NCBI GenBank assembly: GCA_030529985.1
Contig: JAUMVV010000001.1
Span: 17,333 to 81,332 of the forward strand
DNA from: Bacillota bacterium
GTDB taxonomy: Bacteria; Bacillota; Clostridia; Peptostreptococcales; Anaerovoracaceae
Direction of reading: 5' to 3'
Length of the DNA stretch: 64,000 nt
Made by a program: the position numbers and the translations under genes. This document shows positions 1-8,135 of this stretch, in pieces. The notes beneath the pieces were generated by a model. It was not told the DNA's origin. It ran no database searches and worked only from the letters and a program-made list of their open reading frames with translations. How positions within the stretch are numbered: position 1 is the first letter of the stretch; the number at the start of each line of letters is the position of its first letter.

Positions 1-1698
1 ATCCGCATTCTTCTCCTCCGAAAGAGCACCCTGCACCATTCCTGTGATCTGAAGAACATCGTCCTTGCTCTTGACATACCCCAGAGCATTTCCGCTATAT
101 GAATATTCGTATGCGGTGAAGTAGTTAAAGACCGCCGCAGTTCCTACTGCGAAGACAAGAACCACTGATGCCCCTATCATAAGAGGCCGCCTTTTCTCAT
201 CACAGAAGCTGAGGAATTTATTTATCTTCACAGCAAGAGGCTTATTCTTTCGCCTCTCTTTTCTCGCCGCTGCCAGAGCCGCTGCAGTTCGAGCCGCTTC
301 GGCTTTGATTCTTTCACTTTCCGCCCGGAGCCGCCTCTTCTCTTCCTCCGATTTGCTCCTTCTTATCTCTCTTCTCTTCGCTGTTCCCAGCAAATCGCTG
401 ATTGAGAATGCCGGAACCGGATGTATCTCCGTCTGGATAGTCTGTCCGTGAACATTTACTATCCCGCCGCCCTTCTTTGCCAGTTCCCTTGCCAGCCTCT
501 GCTGTCTCTTTATCTCTTTTCTCTCGGCGCGCTTTTTCTTTATCGCTTCCTTACGGAGCTGCCTGTCTTCGTTTTTCTTATCTGCCTGTATCTTTTTAAG
601 TCTGCGCTGCTCGGCCTTTTCCTCTTCTCTCTTTCTTCTCTGTATCGCCCGCTGCTCTGCAATCAGCTCGGCTCTTGCTTCCTTCTTCTTCCGGTTTTCT
701 CTTGCCGCCTCCTGCTTGAGTCTTGCCGCTTCCTTCTTTCTCTCTATTGCCGCAAGCCGCTCTGCCTCTTTTATTTTTCTCTTTTCCTCTGCCTTCTTCC
801 CGGCGATTTTTTCTCTCTCTATCTTCTGCTGCACCGCGGCTCTTTCACGGGCAATTCTCTCCTGCTCCCTCTTCTGTGCCGCTGCGGCTCTTTCCAGTGC
901 TATCCTTTCCTGCTCTCTTTTTTTCTCCGCCGCCGCCATTTCACGAGCTGTCCTCTCCTGCTCCTTCTTCGCTGCCGCGGCTCTTTCACGGGCGATTCTC
1001 TCCTGTTCTCTCTTCTCTGCCACCGCTCTTTCACGGGCGAGCCTTTCATGTTCTCTTTTCTGCGCTGCTGCTATTCTCTCGGCCTCGGCGATCTCTCTTT
1101 CTATTTTTCTCTGTACCTCCTGAAGCCTTCTCTCTTCGCTTTCATGCTTCTCCGCGGCTCGCAACCGTTCCTGCCGGATAACTTCTTGACTTATCTCCGC
1201 CTGTTCTTCCGTTTCCCGTCGTCTGATTTTGGACTCTGCAACCCGCTTTTCGGCTTCCTTGAGAGCCTGCTGTTTTTCTATGGCTTCTTTCTGCTTTTGC
1301 AGCAGCCTCTCCTGCGCCTCCAGTTCGCGAAGTCTTGCTTCCTTTATCTTGATTTCTTTATCCGCCTCTCTCCTCTTATGCTCCGCCAGAACATCCACTC
1401 CGTCCCATCTGGCATGCTCCAGTACGGCCCGTTCCGCCGCACGCACAGCATCACTCTCGACCGGGGACTTTACCTTTTTCGGGGTATCGGAAAGAGACCC
1501 TGACCGCTGCTCCGCAGCAGGACTTTTCGCCATCTTTTCAGTTTGAGTCTTCAGCCTCTCGATTTTTTCCTTCAGGTCCTGTACATCATCGAAAACCTTC
1601 CGGACATTTTCTCCCTGCTTCGTCAGGGTTTCTTCCTCTTCCCGGCTTACGCCTTTGCTAACAGTCTGATCTTCTCTTCCGTTATCTCCGTGAAACAT
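1..1698 (-). CDS. Partial (runs off window start) membrane-anchored protein: ~500 aa E/R/K/A-rich helical N-terminus, one TM helix, then start of an extracellular region resembling Firmicute G5/LysM/M23 peptidoglycan endopeptidases
   Basis: Not in the ORF track (no stop in window). Manually translated: ATG at 1698 after GGAGAAAGGTG, MFHGDNGREDQTVSKGVSREEEE...; TM MIGASVVLVFAVGTAAVF at ~127-180, then NYFTAYEYSYSGNALGYVKSKDDVLQ. The catalytic domain is not visible, so the family call is inference. Confidence 0.7.
   Translation of the reverse strand, partial: MFHGDNGREDQTVSKGVSREEEETLTKQGENVRKVFDDVQDLKEKIERLKTQTEKMAKSPAAEQRSGSLSDTPKKVKSPVESDAVRAAERAVLEHARWDGVDVLAEHKRREADKEIKIKEARLRELEAQERLLQKQKEAIEKQQALKEAEKRVAESKIRRRETEEQAEISQEVIRQERLRAAEKHESEERRLQEVQRKIEREIAEAERIAAAQKREHERLARERAVAEKREQERIARERAAAAKKEQERTAREMAAAEKKREQERIALERAAAAQKREQERIARERAAVQQKIEREKIAGKKAEEKRKIKEAERLAAIERKKEAARLKQEAARENRKKKEARAELIAEQRAIQRRKREEEKAEQRRLKKIQADKKNEDRQLRKEAIKKKRAERKEIKRQQRLARELAKKGGGIVNVHGQTIQTEIHPVPAFSISDLLGTAKRREIRRSKSEEEKRRLRAESERIKAEAARTAAALAAARKERRKNKPLAVKINKFLSFCDEKRRPLMIGASVVLVFAVGTAAVFNYFTAYEYSYSGNALGYVKSKDDVLQITGMVQGALSEEKNAD
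826..1059 (-). repeat. Five intragenic tandem repeats of 45-48 bp (15-16 aa, KREQERIARERAAAA-like)
   Basis: Units read KREHERLARERAVAE / KREQERIARERAAAA / KKEQERTAREMAAAEK / KREQERIALERAAAAQ / KREQERIARERAAVQQ. Confidence 0.85.
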
Positions 1699-2903
1699 TG
1701 ACACCTTTCTCCTGTATCAAGCATTCCCGTATCTTTGCACAGCGGACAGCGGTACTCTGCTTCCATGTAGTCCAGTTCAAACCCGTTGTCCGTAAGCAGA
1801 AATGCTTTTTCAGTACGTATTTTATCTATCTTCTCTCTGATCTCTTCCCTTGCTTCTGTCTTATCGATCCTGTTTGAGACAGCTATTCTGGAAAGAGAGC
1901 TTGCCAGCTTCTGTTCCTCCTCATCGATCTCTCTGATCCTGGGCACTTTGCTGTAAACCTCCTGTCTCCTTTTCTCAGCTTCCCGGGCTTCAGCTTCCCT
2001 GAGAAGCTCATAGTATCTCATCTTATCGCTGTTGGTTATTCCTTCGACCTTTCCTGTCTTTCCGCCCTCTGCGAACCAGTTCTCAAGAATTCTGTTCACA
2101 TAATTTATGCTCGGGCTGGAAATCCCCGATGTCTTAGCGCAGGCTTCAAGTATCCTTTCCATTTTGAAACCCATCTTGTCAAACCATGTGTCCATGATAC
2201 GGGTCTCTTCTTCCGTGGGGTTTCTCTTGAATCCCAATGCCCTGAAGACACGCCTGTAATCTCCGCTTCTTCCCTCAATCTGCTCCAGATGTGCCCTTAT
2301 CTCTTCCATGGTTCTGAAGCCATCCATTATCCAGTTTTTTATCACGGCGCCTACATATCTTACGGCCTTCTTGTTCCTCCCGGCGCAATATTCGAACGCG
2401 AAGCCAACCACCTCTGTTTCTGTACCGAAATCGTTTATCCACGAAAGAATCTCTACCATTTCGGAGCCGCTGATCACCCTGCCCAGTGCTTTTTCAATGC
2501 GGGCGAACATTTCCCTGTATTCCCGGTCTGCCATCTGTGCGTCAATCCCATGCTCTGAGGATATCCGGGGAGCTTCCTCGTGAGTCCCGTACAGCATGTT
2601 CTTCAGAAGCACGAACTCCACATCGTAGTCGAGGCTGTTGCCGGATTCTTTCCTGATTTTTCTTATCACGCCCATCTTTTCCCAGTAGGTCCATGCCTTT
2701 AGGACATCCTCTTCCTCCATCATAAGCTGTTTGGCGATGTCCTCGTTGTCAAAATCGACGCCCAGGTTCGTATACATAAGTGCGAAGAGATACGCTTTCA
2801 CATATCCCTCCGGAGCCGATGCCATGTATTCATTTATAAACATATTTTCCACACTGGTGTCCAGCAGGAAATAGTCCTTGGTTTTTTCCCTTTTGAAACT
2901 CAT
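1647..2903 (-). CDS. dnaD: DnaD/DnaB_2-domain replication protein with C-terminal coiled coil and Cys4 zinc-binding region
   Basis: N-terminal wHTH-like part (TSVENMFINEYM...AWTYWEKMG), two DnaB_2 motifs (YVGAVIKNW, YVNRILENW), C-terminal CPLCKDTG...CQC; directly downstream of dnaB. Confidence 0.8.
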   Translation of the reverse strand: MSFKREKTKDYFLLDTSVENMFINEYMASAPEGYVKAYLFALMYTNLGVDFDNEDIAKQLMMEEEDVLKAWTYWEKMGVIRKIRKESGNSLDYDVEFVLLKNMLYGTHEEAPRISSEHGIDAQMADREYREMFARIEKALGRVISGSEMVEILSWINDFGTETEVVGFAFEYCAGRNKKAVRYVGAVIKNWIMDGFRTMEEIRAHLEQIEGRSGDYRRVFRALGFKRNPTEEETRIMDTWFDKMGFKMERILEACAKTSGISSPSINYVNRILENWFAEGGKTGKVEGITNSDKMRYYELLREAEAREAEKRRQEVYSKVPRIREIDEEEQKLASSLSRIAVSNRIDKTEAREEIREKIDKIRTEKAFLLTDNGFELDYMEAEYRCPLCKDTGMLDTGERCQCFTEITEEKIRLLAKA

Positions 2904-2906
2904 ATC

Positions 2907-4244
2907 TTAAAATCCGCTCATGCCGCTGCTTCCGGCACTGTCTACAAATTTCGTTATCTTGTCGAGCCATGCCACCTTGACGGTGCCTGTAGGGCCGCTT
3001 CGCTGCTTAGCGAGAATTACCTCGCATTCTCCCGGAGCTTCCGAATCTTCATTGTAATAATCATCCCTGTACAGGAAGACCACTATGTCCGCATCCTGTT
3101 CTATGGAGCCGGATTCTCTCAGGTCCGACAGCATCGGTCTGTGGTCCGTTCTCTGCTCCGGATTTCTCGAAAGCTGTGACAGGACAATAACCGGGCAGTC
3201 CAGCTCCCTTGCCAGCAGTTTAAGGTTTCTGGTGATCATGGAAACCTCCTGGGTTCTGGATTCCGCCCGTCCCTCGGCGCTCATAAGCTGCAGATAGTCG
3301 ATAATGACAAGATCCAGCCCCGACTCCGCCTTCAGTCTCCTGCATTTGCTCTTCATCTCAACGATGCTGACTCCCGGGGTGTCATCGATATATATATTCG
3401 CTCCCGAAAGAGCTTCCAGTGCCATATTCACATCATCCCAGTCACGCCTCTCAAGTTTGCCGGTCTTCAGCTTTTGCATTTCCACCTTGGACTCCATGGA
3501 CAGAAGTCTCTGACTGAGCTGTTCCTTCGCCATTTCCAGGCTGAATACCAGTACTGACGCCTCTCCCTTTGTTGCCGCGTTGAGTGCCAGAGATAATGCA
3601 AAAGCAGTCTTGCCCATTGCGGGTCTTGCTGCCAGAATAATAAGATCCGATTTCTGCAGTCCGGAGGTCATCCTGTCAAGGTCTCTGAATCCGGTGGTAA
3701 CTCCGATAAGTCCCCCCTCAAAACCGGAGGCCTTATCTATCGCCTCGATATTGCTGATGAGAACATCCTGAAGAGGCACATACTTGCCTCTGTTTCTCGA
3801 CTGGGATATTTCGAAGATGCCGTTTTCCGCGTAATCCAGAAGCTGCCCCGCTTCCATGCTCGTGTCGTAGCCTTTTGCCACTATGTCGTCCGCGGTTTTT
3901 ATCAACCCTCTTATGGAGGCTTTCTCCGCTACAATTCTGGCGTACTCCGCCGCATTTGCCGTAGTGGGCGTTTCGGATGAAAGTCCTGAAACATAGGCTC
4001 TGCCCCCCACCATGTTCAGAGTTCCCCTTTTGCTCAGTTCTTCTGAAACCGTAAGGGCATCCACTGGCGAATTGATTTTTGACAGCTCAAAGATAGCGCT
4101 GAAGATTTCTCTGTTATTCGGATCATAAAAATCATCAGCTCTGACTATCTCCATTACCTCGTAGAGCGCATCCGTGGAAAGAAGCGCTGCACCCAGAACG
4201 GATTTCTCCGCTTCCGAATTGTGGGGAGGGATTCTCTCGTCCAT
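2907..4244 (-). CDS. dnaB: Replicative DNA helicase
   Basis: PPHNSEAE, AARPAMGKT, IIDYLQLM, LSQLSR, DLRESGSIEQDAD, KQRSGPTG. Confidence 0.97.
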   Translation of the reverse strand: MDERIPPHNSEAEKSVLGAALLSTDALYEVMEIVRADDFYDPNNREIFSAIFELSKINSPVDALTVSEELSKRGTLNMVGGRAYVSGLSSETPTTANAAEYARIVAEKASIRGLIKTADDIVAKGYDTSMEAGQLLDYAENGIFEISQSRNRGKYVPLQDVLISNIEAIDKASGFEGGLIGVTTGFRDLDRMTSGLQKSDLIILAARPAMGKTAFALSLALNAATKGEASVLVFSLEMAKEQLSQRLLSMESKVEMQKLKTGKLERRDWDDVNMALEALSGANIYIDDTPGVSIVEMKSKCRRLKAESGLDLVIIDYLQLMSAEGRAESRTQEVSMITRNLKLLARELDCPVIVLSQLSRNPEQRTDHRPMLSDLRESGSIEQDADIVVFLYRDDYYNEDSEAPGECEVILAKQRSGPTGTVKVAWLDKITKFVDSAGSSGMSGF

Positions 4245-4687
4245 TAAACCGTTACCTTAACCTTGATCTCCGCTGCAACTTCCGGGAACAGCTTCACTGT
4301 AACATGTGTGTCTCCTGCCTGCTTGATAGGTCCCGGCAATTCAATCTTTTTCTTGTCTATGTCTATGCCTTCCTGCTCCTTGAGCACTCCGGCGATGTCC
4401 ATGGATGTTACCGAACCGAACAGCTTCCCGTTTTCGCCGCCCTTTGACTTGACTATAAGCGTTATTTTCTCCAGCTCTGCCGCCTTCTTCTCAGCGGCGG
4501 CCTTCTCTTCTTTTCTCTTTTCTTCGGCAATGGCTTTCTGCTTTTCCAGACTTCTCACATTGCCCTGAGTCGCTTCTTTGGCAAGGCCTTTAGGGATAAG
4601 CCTGTTACGCGCATATCCGTCGTTTACCTTGACTACATCTCCCGCTTTACCTGTTCCTTTTACATCCTTCGTAAGAATCACTATCAT
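4244..4687 (-). CDS. rplI: 50S ribosomal protein L9
   Basis: MIVILTKDVKGTGKAGDVVKVNDGYARN; GKLFGSVT. Confidence 0.97.
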   Translation of the reverse strand: MIVILTKDVKGTGKAGDVVKVNDGYARNRLIPKGLAKEATQGNVRSLEKQKAIAEEKRKEEKAAAEKKAAELEKITLIVKSKGGENGKLFGSVTSMDIAGVLKEQEGIDIDKKKIELPGPIKQAGDTHVTVKLFPEVAAEIKVKVTV

Positions 4688-4691
4688 TATT

Positions 4692-6482
4692 TTACCCTCC
4701 TATTGTGTTGCTTTTGTGCAGATAATCCTCAATATCGGCAAGAATTTCTTCAGGTGTCTTGTCTGTTCTGACTCCCGCTGTGTTCATATGTCCGCCGCCG
4801 CCGAATTGTTCCATGATGTACTGGACATTGATATTGCCCAGTGATCTGGCGCTTACAATGGTCTGCCCGTTCTCGTTCCTGCCTGCCACGAAGCTGGCTT
4901 CAATACCTTTAATGGTCAGAAGCTCATCCGCCACCTGTGAGTTGATTATCTGTGTATTTATCGTTTGTCCGTCACCTGTTGACATTGCGACGGTGCCGCC
5001 GACTATTCTGGCGTTTGCTATGCCTTCTGCTCTGGCTCTGAAGTTTTCGGCACTGTCCTGGAAGTATCTTCTCACATGCTGCAGATCGGCTCCCGCCCTC
5101 TTAAGCCAGGATGCCGCTTCGAAGGTTCTCACCCCCGCTTTGACTGCGAATCTGTTGGTATCCAGCATGATTCCCGCCAGCAGTCCGTTGGCCTCCATTG
5201 TTGACACATCCTTCTTGTCGATGATGTACTGCAGTATTTCAGTCACCAGCTCCGATGCGGAGGAGGCGTAGGACTCCATATATGAGAGGGTCTGGTTCGG
5301 AAGGCAGTCTTCGGCTTTCCTGTGGTGGTCTATGACCGCCAGTCTGTCAACCGTCTCTACCAGTCTGAGGGACTCCACCAGCATCGGTCTGTGAGCATCT
5401 ACCACTATGACCAGTGAGTTGCTGTCCACCAGAGACAGAGCCTTTTCCTCGGAAATGAACAGGTATTCCCCCGTTGCCTTCGCGTCGGCAATCATGTCGT
5501 CCATGCTTTCGTTGTTCTCGCCCAGGAGGATGTATGTATCCTTTCCCGAAAGGGTCGCCAGCCTATGTATTCCCAGAGCTGCGCCGAGACAGTCCATGTC
5601 CGGGTTCTTGTGCCCCATGATGAATATCTGCGATGACTGTCTCATCAGTGTATTGAGTGCGTGCCCTATTATTCTGGATTTGCCTTTGTTTCTCTTCTCG
5701 ACGCTGGTCACTCCGCCACCGTAATACTGGAAGTTCTTCACATTCTTCACCACGGCCTGATCGCCGCCTCGACCCAGTGCCAGATCCAGTGCCTCTTGCG
5801 CATAATCATCCGCCTCGGCGAGGCTTTTGGCGCCCATTCCTATTCCCATGCTCAATGTGACCGGGAAGTCGGCTTCCGTTTCGATTTCCTTGATCTTGTC
5901 CAACACCGAGAAGTCGTCCTCTACGAGCTGTTCGTAGTTTTTGTGCGTTATGGCCAGCTCATACAGGTTGTCCCTGTACTTGACTATCATGGCCTCCATG
6001 CTTGCAGCCCAGTCTCTGATCTGTCTGTCGATTTCGGCGGTTATCCTCACCTCGACAGCATCGCTGGTGCTCGCCGAGAGTTCATCGAAATTATCCACAT
6101 TCACCAGAAGCATATATACTCTTTCGCTGTTATACAGCTCCTTGAGCTTCTCGTAGGCCGTCACATCGGAAAAAACGAGGATTATGGACAGGTTCTCATT
6201 GTCCGCTTCTTCTTCCGGTTCTCCACCCAGAAAACTGCAGCCGATTCTGAATTTCTTCTCGTTCCGCTGTATGTAAAGAGGTGTATCGTCTTCTGCTGCG
6301 CTGATTAATTCAGATTTCTTTATTCCTGTCAGCGCGAATATGTCGTAGTCCACAATGCCATCGTATTTGAAAACCTCTGCGATTTTGCTGCTCGCTCTGG
6401 TCACCTTCCCCCGGGCGTTCACGATGCACATGGGCAGGGGTGAATAGTAGGCCAGCAGTTTTTCGATTCTTCCTACGTACAT
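4692..6482 (-). CDS. gdpP: c-di-AMP phosphodiesterase GdpP-like (PAS, degenerate GGDEF, DHH/DHHA1)
   Basis: LALGRGGDQAVV, MGHKNPDMD, IDHHR, GGGGH; start moved to ATG 6482 after RBS AGGAG; canonical position upstream of rplI. Confidence 0.9.
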   Translation of the reverse strand: MYVGRIEKLLAYYSPLPMCIVNARGKVTRASSKIAEVFKYDGIVDYDIFALTGIKKSELISAAEDDTPLYIQRNEKKFRIGCSFLGGEPEEEADNENLSIILVFSDVTAYEKLKELYNSERVYMLLVNVDNFDELSASTSDAVEVRITAEIDRQIRDWAASMEAMIVKYRDNLYELAITHKNYEQLVEDDFSVLDKIKEIETEADFPVTLSMGIGMGAKSLAEADDYAQEALDLALGRGGDQAVVKNVKNFQYYGGGVTSVEKRNKGKSRIIGHALNTLMRQSSQIFIMGHKNPDMDCLGAALGIHRLATLSGKDTYILLGENNESMDDMIADAKATGEYLFISEEKALSLVDSNSLVIVVDAHRPMLVESLRLVETVDRLAVIDHHRKAEDCLPNQTLSYMESYASSASELVTEILQYIIDKKDVSTMEANGLLAGIMLDTNRFAVKAGVRTFEAASWLKRAGADLQHVRRYFQDSAENFRARAEGIANARIVGGTVAMSTGDGQTINTQIINSQVADELLTIKGIEASFVAGRNENGQTIVSARSLGNINVQYIMEQFGGGGHMNTAGVRTDKTPEEILADIEDYLHKSNTIGG

Positions 6483-6533
6483 TTCTCGATCTCCTGTAAA
6501 AAACGTGCAATAAGGCATATTTTCGTAACCTAT

Positions 6534-6563
6534 ATTATAGCAAAAAAGACGACCGCATGACAG
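6534..6563 (-). promoter_or_regulatory. Putative sigma-A promoter for gdpP-rplI-dnaB operon
   Basis: Minus strand CTGTCA-18 nt-TATAAT with extended TGn -10 (TTTTGCTATAAT). Confidence 0.55.
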
Positions 6564-6574
6564 GTTTTTATTGT

Positions 6575-6612
6575 TTTTCAACCTTTTCAATGTTTTTTCA
6601 ACCTTTTCAACA
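6575..6612 (+). repeat. Four 9-mers TTTTCAACC/TTTTCAATG/TTTTCAACC/TTTTCAACA (two ~20 bp direct repeats), DnaA-box-like
   Basis: Directly visible; similar to the TTATCAACA boxes at oriC. Confidence 0.6.
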
Positions 6613-6700
6613 CTTTCTCCGGGAGTTTTCCTTCTTTGCTGCAAGCTTCAAGTTTTTAGCGTCTTTGAACCTGGAGGCGGCTGCATTTTCAAGATACAAC

Positions 6701-6750
6701 AAAAGAGCTGCCGCGCTTTACTCAAGTGCGACAGCTCCGGGATTTGCCGT
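6701..6750 (-). terminator. Intrinsic terminator after rpsR
   Basis: Minus strand GGAGCTGTCGCACTT-loop-AAGCGCGGCAGCTCT followed by TTTG. Confidence 0.7.
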
Positions 6751-6771
6751 TTTTACAACATCAAAATCCAA

Positions 6772-7014
6772 TCAGTCAGCTACATAAGGCAGCAGGGCAA
6801 CGATTCTCGCCTTCTTGATTGCCTTTGTGACTGCTCTCTGATGAATAGCACAAGTTCCCGTGATTCTTCTCGGAAGAATCTTACCTCTTTCAGTAACGTA
6901 CTTCTTCAGAGTCTCAACATCCTTGTAATCTATTTTCTTGGTCTTGTCCGTGCAGAACTGGCATACTTTCTTCCTTCTCATGCCGCCGCCGCGTCTTCTG
7001 TTATCATAAGCCAT
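6772..7014 (-). CDS. rpsR: 30S ribosomal protein S18
   Basis: RRKKVCQFC...IDYKD...[17 protein letters not shown]; start at ATG 7014. Confidence 0.97.
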   Translation of the reverse strand: MAYDNRRRGGGMRRKKVCQFCTDKTKKIDYKDVETLKKYVTERGKILPRRITGTCAIHQRAVTKAIKKARIVALLPYVAD

Positions 7015-7095
7015 TGAAAAGCTCTCCTTTCTGTTAGGATTATTTCCGGTCGATAGCAAAACCCCGAAATCGGTTTGGCATCGACGCCTGTTTCG

Positions 7096-7545
7096 TTAGA
7101 ATGGAATGTCGTCATCCTGCAGTGTCTGGAAGCCTCCCGGAACGTCAATGTCCTCACTCGCCGGTTTAGCCTGTGCTTCCCGGAATCCTCCGCTCTGCTG
7201 CTCACCAAAGCCCTGCTGACCGCTCTGACCGGTGCTCAGGAATTCGACTCCACCATAATTGTTTGCAATTACATCAGTCGTATATACGGTTCTCCCGTCT
7301 TTCTCGTAACTGCCTGTCTGAATTCTACCGTTAACGCAGACCTTGCTTCCCTTTTTCAAATATCTGTCACAGCTCTCGGCGGCTTTGCCGAACACCGTGA
7401 CAGGGATAAAGCTCGTTCGCTTGTTTTCACCGAAACCATCGTTTACGGCGATGCTGAACTTGCAGATAGCTGTCTGGTTTGCTCCGGTTGAATATCTCAG
7501 CTCCGGATCTCTAGTAAGGTTCCCAATAAGTATTACGCTGTTCAT
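7096..7545 (-). CDS. ssb: Single-stranded DNA-binding protein
   Basis: MNSVILIGNLTRDPELRY; C-terminal DDDIPF. Confidence 0.97.
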   Translation of the reverse strand: MNSVILIGNLTRDPELRYSTGANQTAICKFSIAVNDGFGENKRTSFIPVTVFGKAAESCDRYLKKGSKVCVNGRIQTGSYEKDGRTVYTTDVIANNYGGVEFLSTGQSGQQGFGEQQSGGFREAQAKPASEDIDVPGGFQTLQDDDIPF

Positions 7546-7560
7546 CCTTGTGCCCCCTTT

Positions 7561-7848
7561 TTATTTCTGATCTCTGTTATCGATCAGGTGCCTCATAACG
7601 TTGTCTGAAATCTTGAGTCTTCTGTCAAGTTCCTTCGGCAGAGTAGGCTGTGCCTTGAACTCGATAACAACGTAATATCCTTCAGTTTTCTTCTGAATTG
7701 GATATGCGAGCTTTCTCATTCCCCATACATCTACATTTCCGACTTCGCCCTCTGAAGCGATAATTTCCTTAACTGCTTCAACAGTGGCTTCTTTTTTCTC
7801 GTCTTCCAGTGTAGGATCGATGATGAACATTACCTCATAGTTTGTCAT
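7561..7848 (-). CDS. rpsF: 30S ribosomal protein S6
   Basis: YEVMFII...WGMRKLAYPIQKKTEGYY. Confidence 0.97.
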   Translation of the reverse strand: MTNYEVMFIIDPTLEDEKKEATVEAVKEIIASEGEVGNVDVWGMRKLAYPIQKKTEGYYVVIEFKAQPTLPKELDRRLKISDNVMRHLIDNRDQK

Positions 7849-7850
7849 TG

Positions 7851-7921
7851 TTTCACCTCCCTGTGGACTATATGGCGACGGTCTTTTGCCTGCGGTCTGC
7901 GCCTGCCCCGTCGCAAGGATA
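7851..7921 (-). promoter_or_regulatory. S6:S18 ribosomal protein leader (autogenous control RNA)
   Basis: Minus strand ATCCTTGCGACGG...CCGTCGCCATATAGTCCACAGGGAGGTG: CCTT pairs with the SD, inner GCGACGG/CCGTCGC stem; same layout as Firmicute rpsF leaders. Confidence 0.7.
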
Positions 7922-8135
7922 CCCGTCCGGCCCTATGCCGGAACGCCGCGTGTGAAAACACACGCCTATATATTATACACCAAGCCGCCGTTAAATCAAG
8001 CGGTTTTTGTTGTTCTTTCCTCTTGTTTCTCTTTGCATTTCAAACTTTCCTCTTTGGCTCCTCTCCCGCTATTTTCCGGTGTGCCCGTCGACTCCCAATG
8101 CAAGCTTGCCGCCGGCTCCCTGAGTCTTTTCGCCG

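Noticed and set aside
826-1059. Repeats that could suggest a CRISPR array
   Set aside because: Degenerate, contiguous, codon-phased intragenic repeats without spacers or cas genes
421-1503. 360 aa Leu/Phe/Cys-rich plus-strand ORF and its overlapping neighbours
   Set aside because: Antisense shadow of the E/K/R-rich minus-strand gene; no RBS and implausible composition
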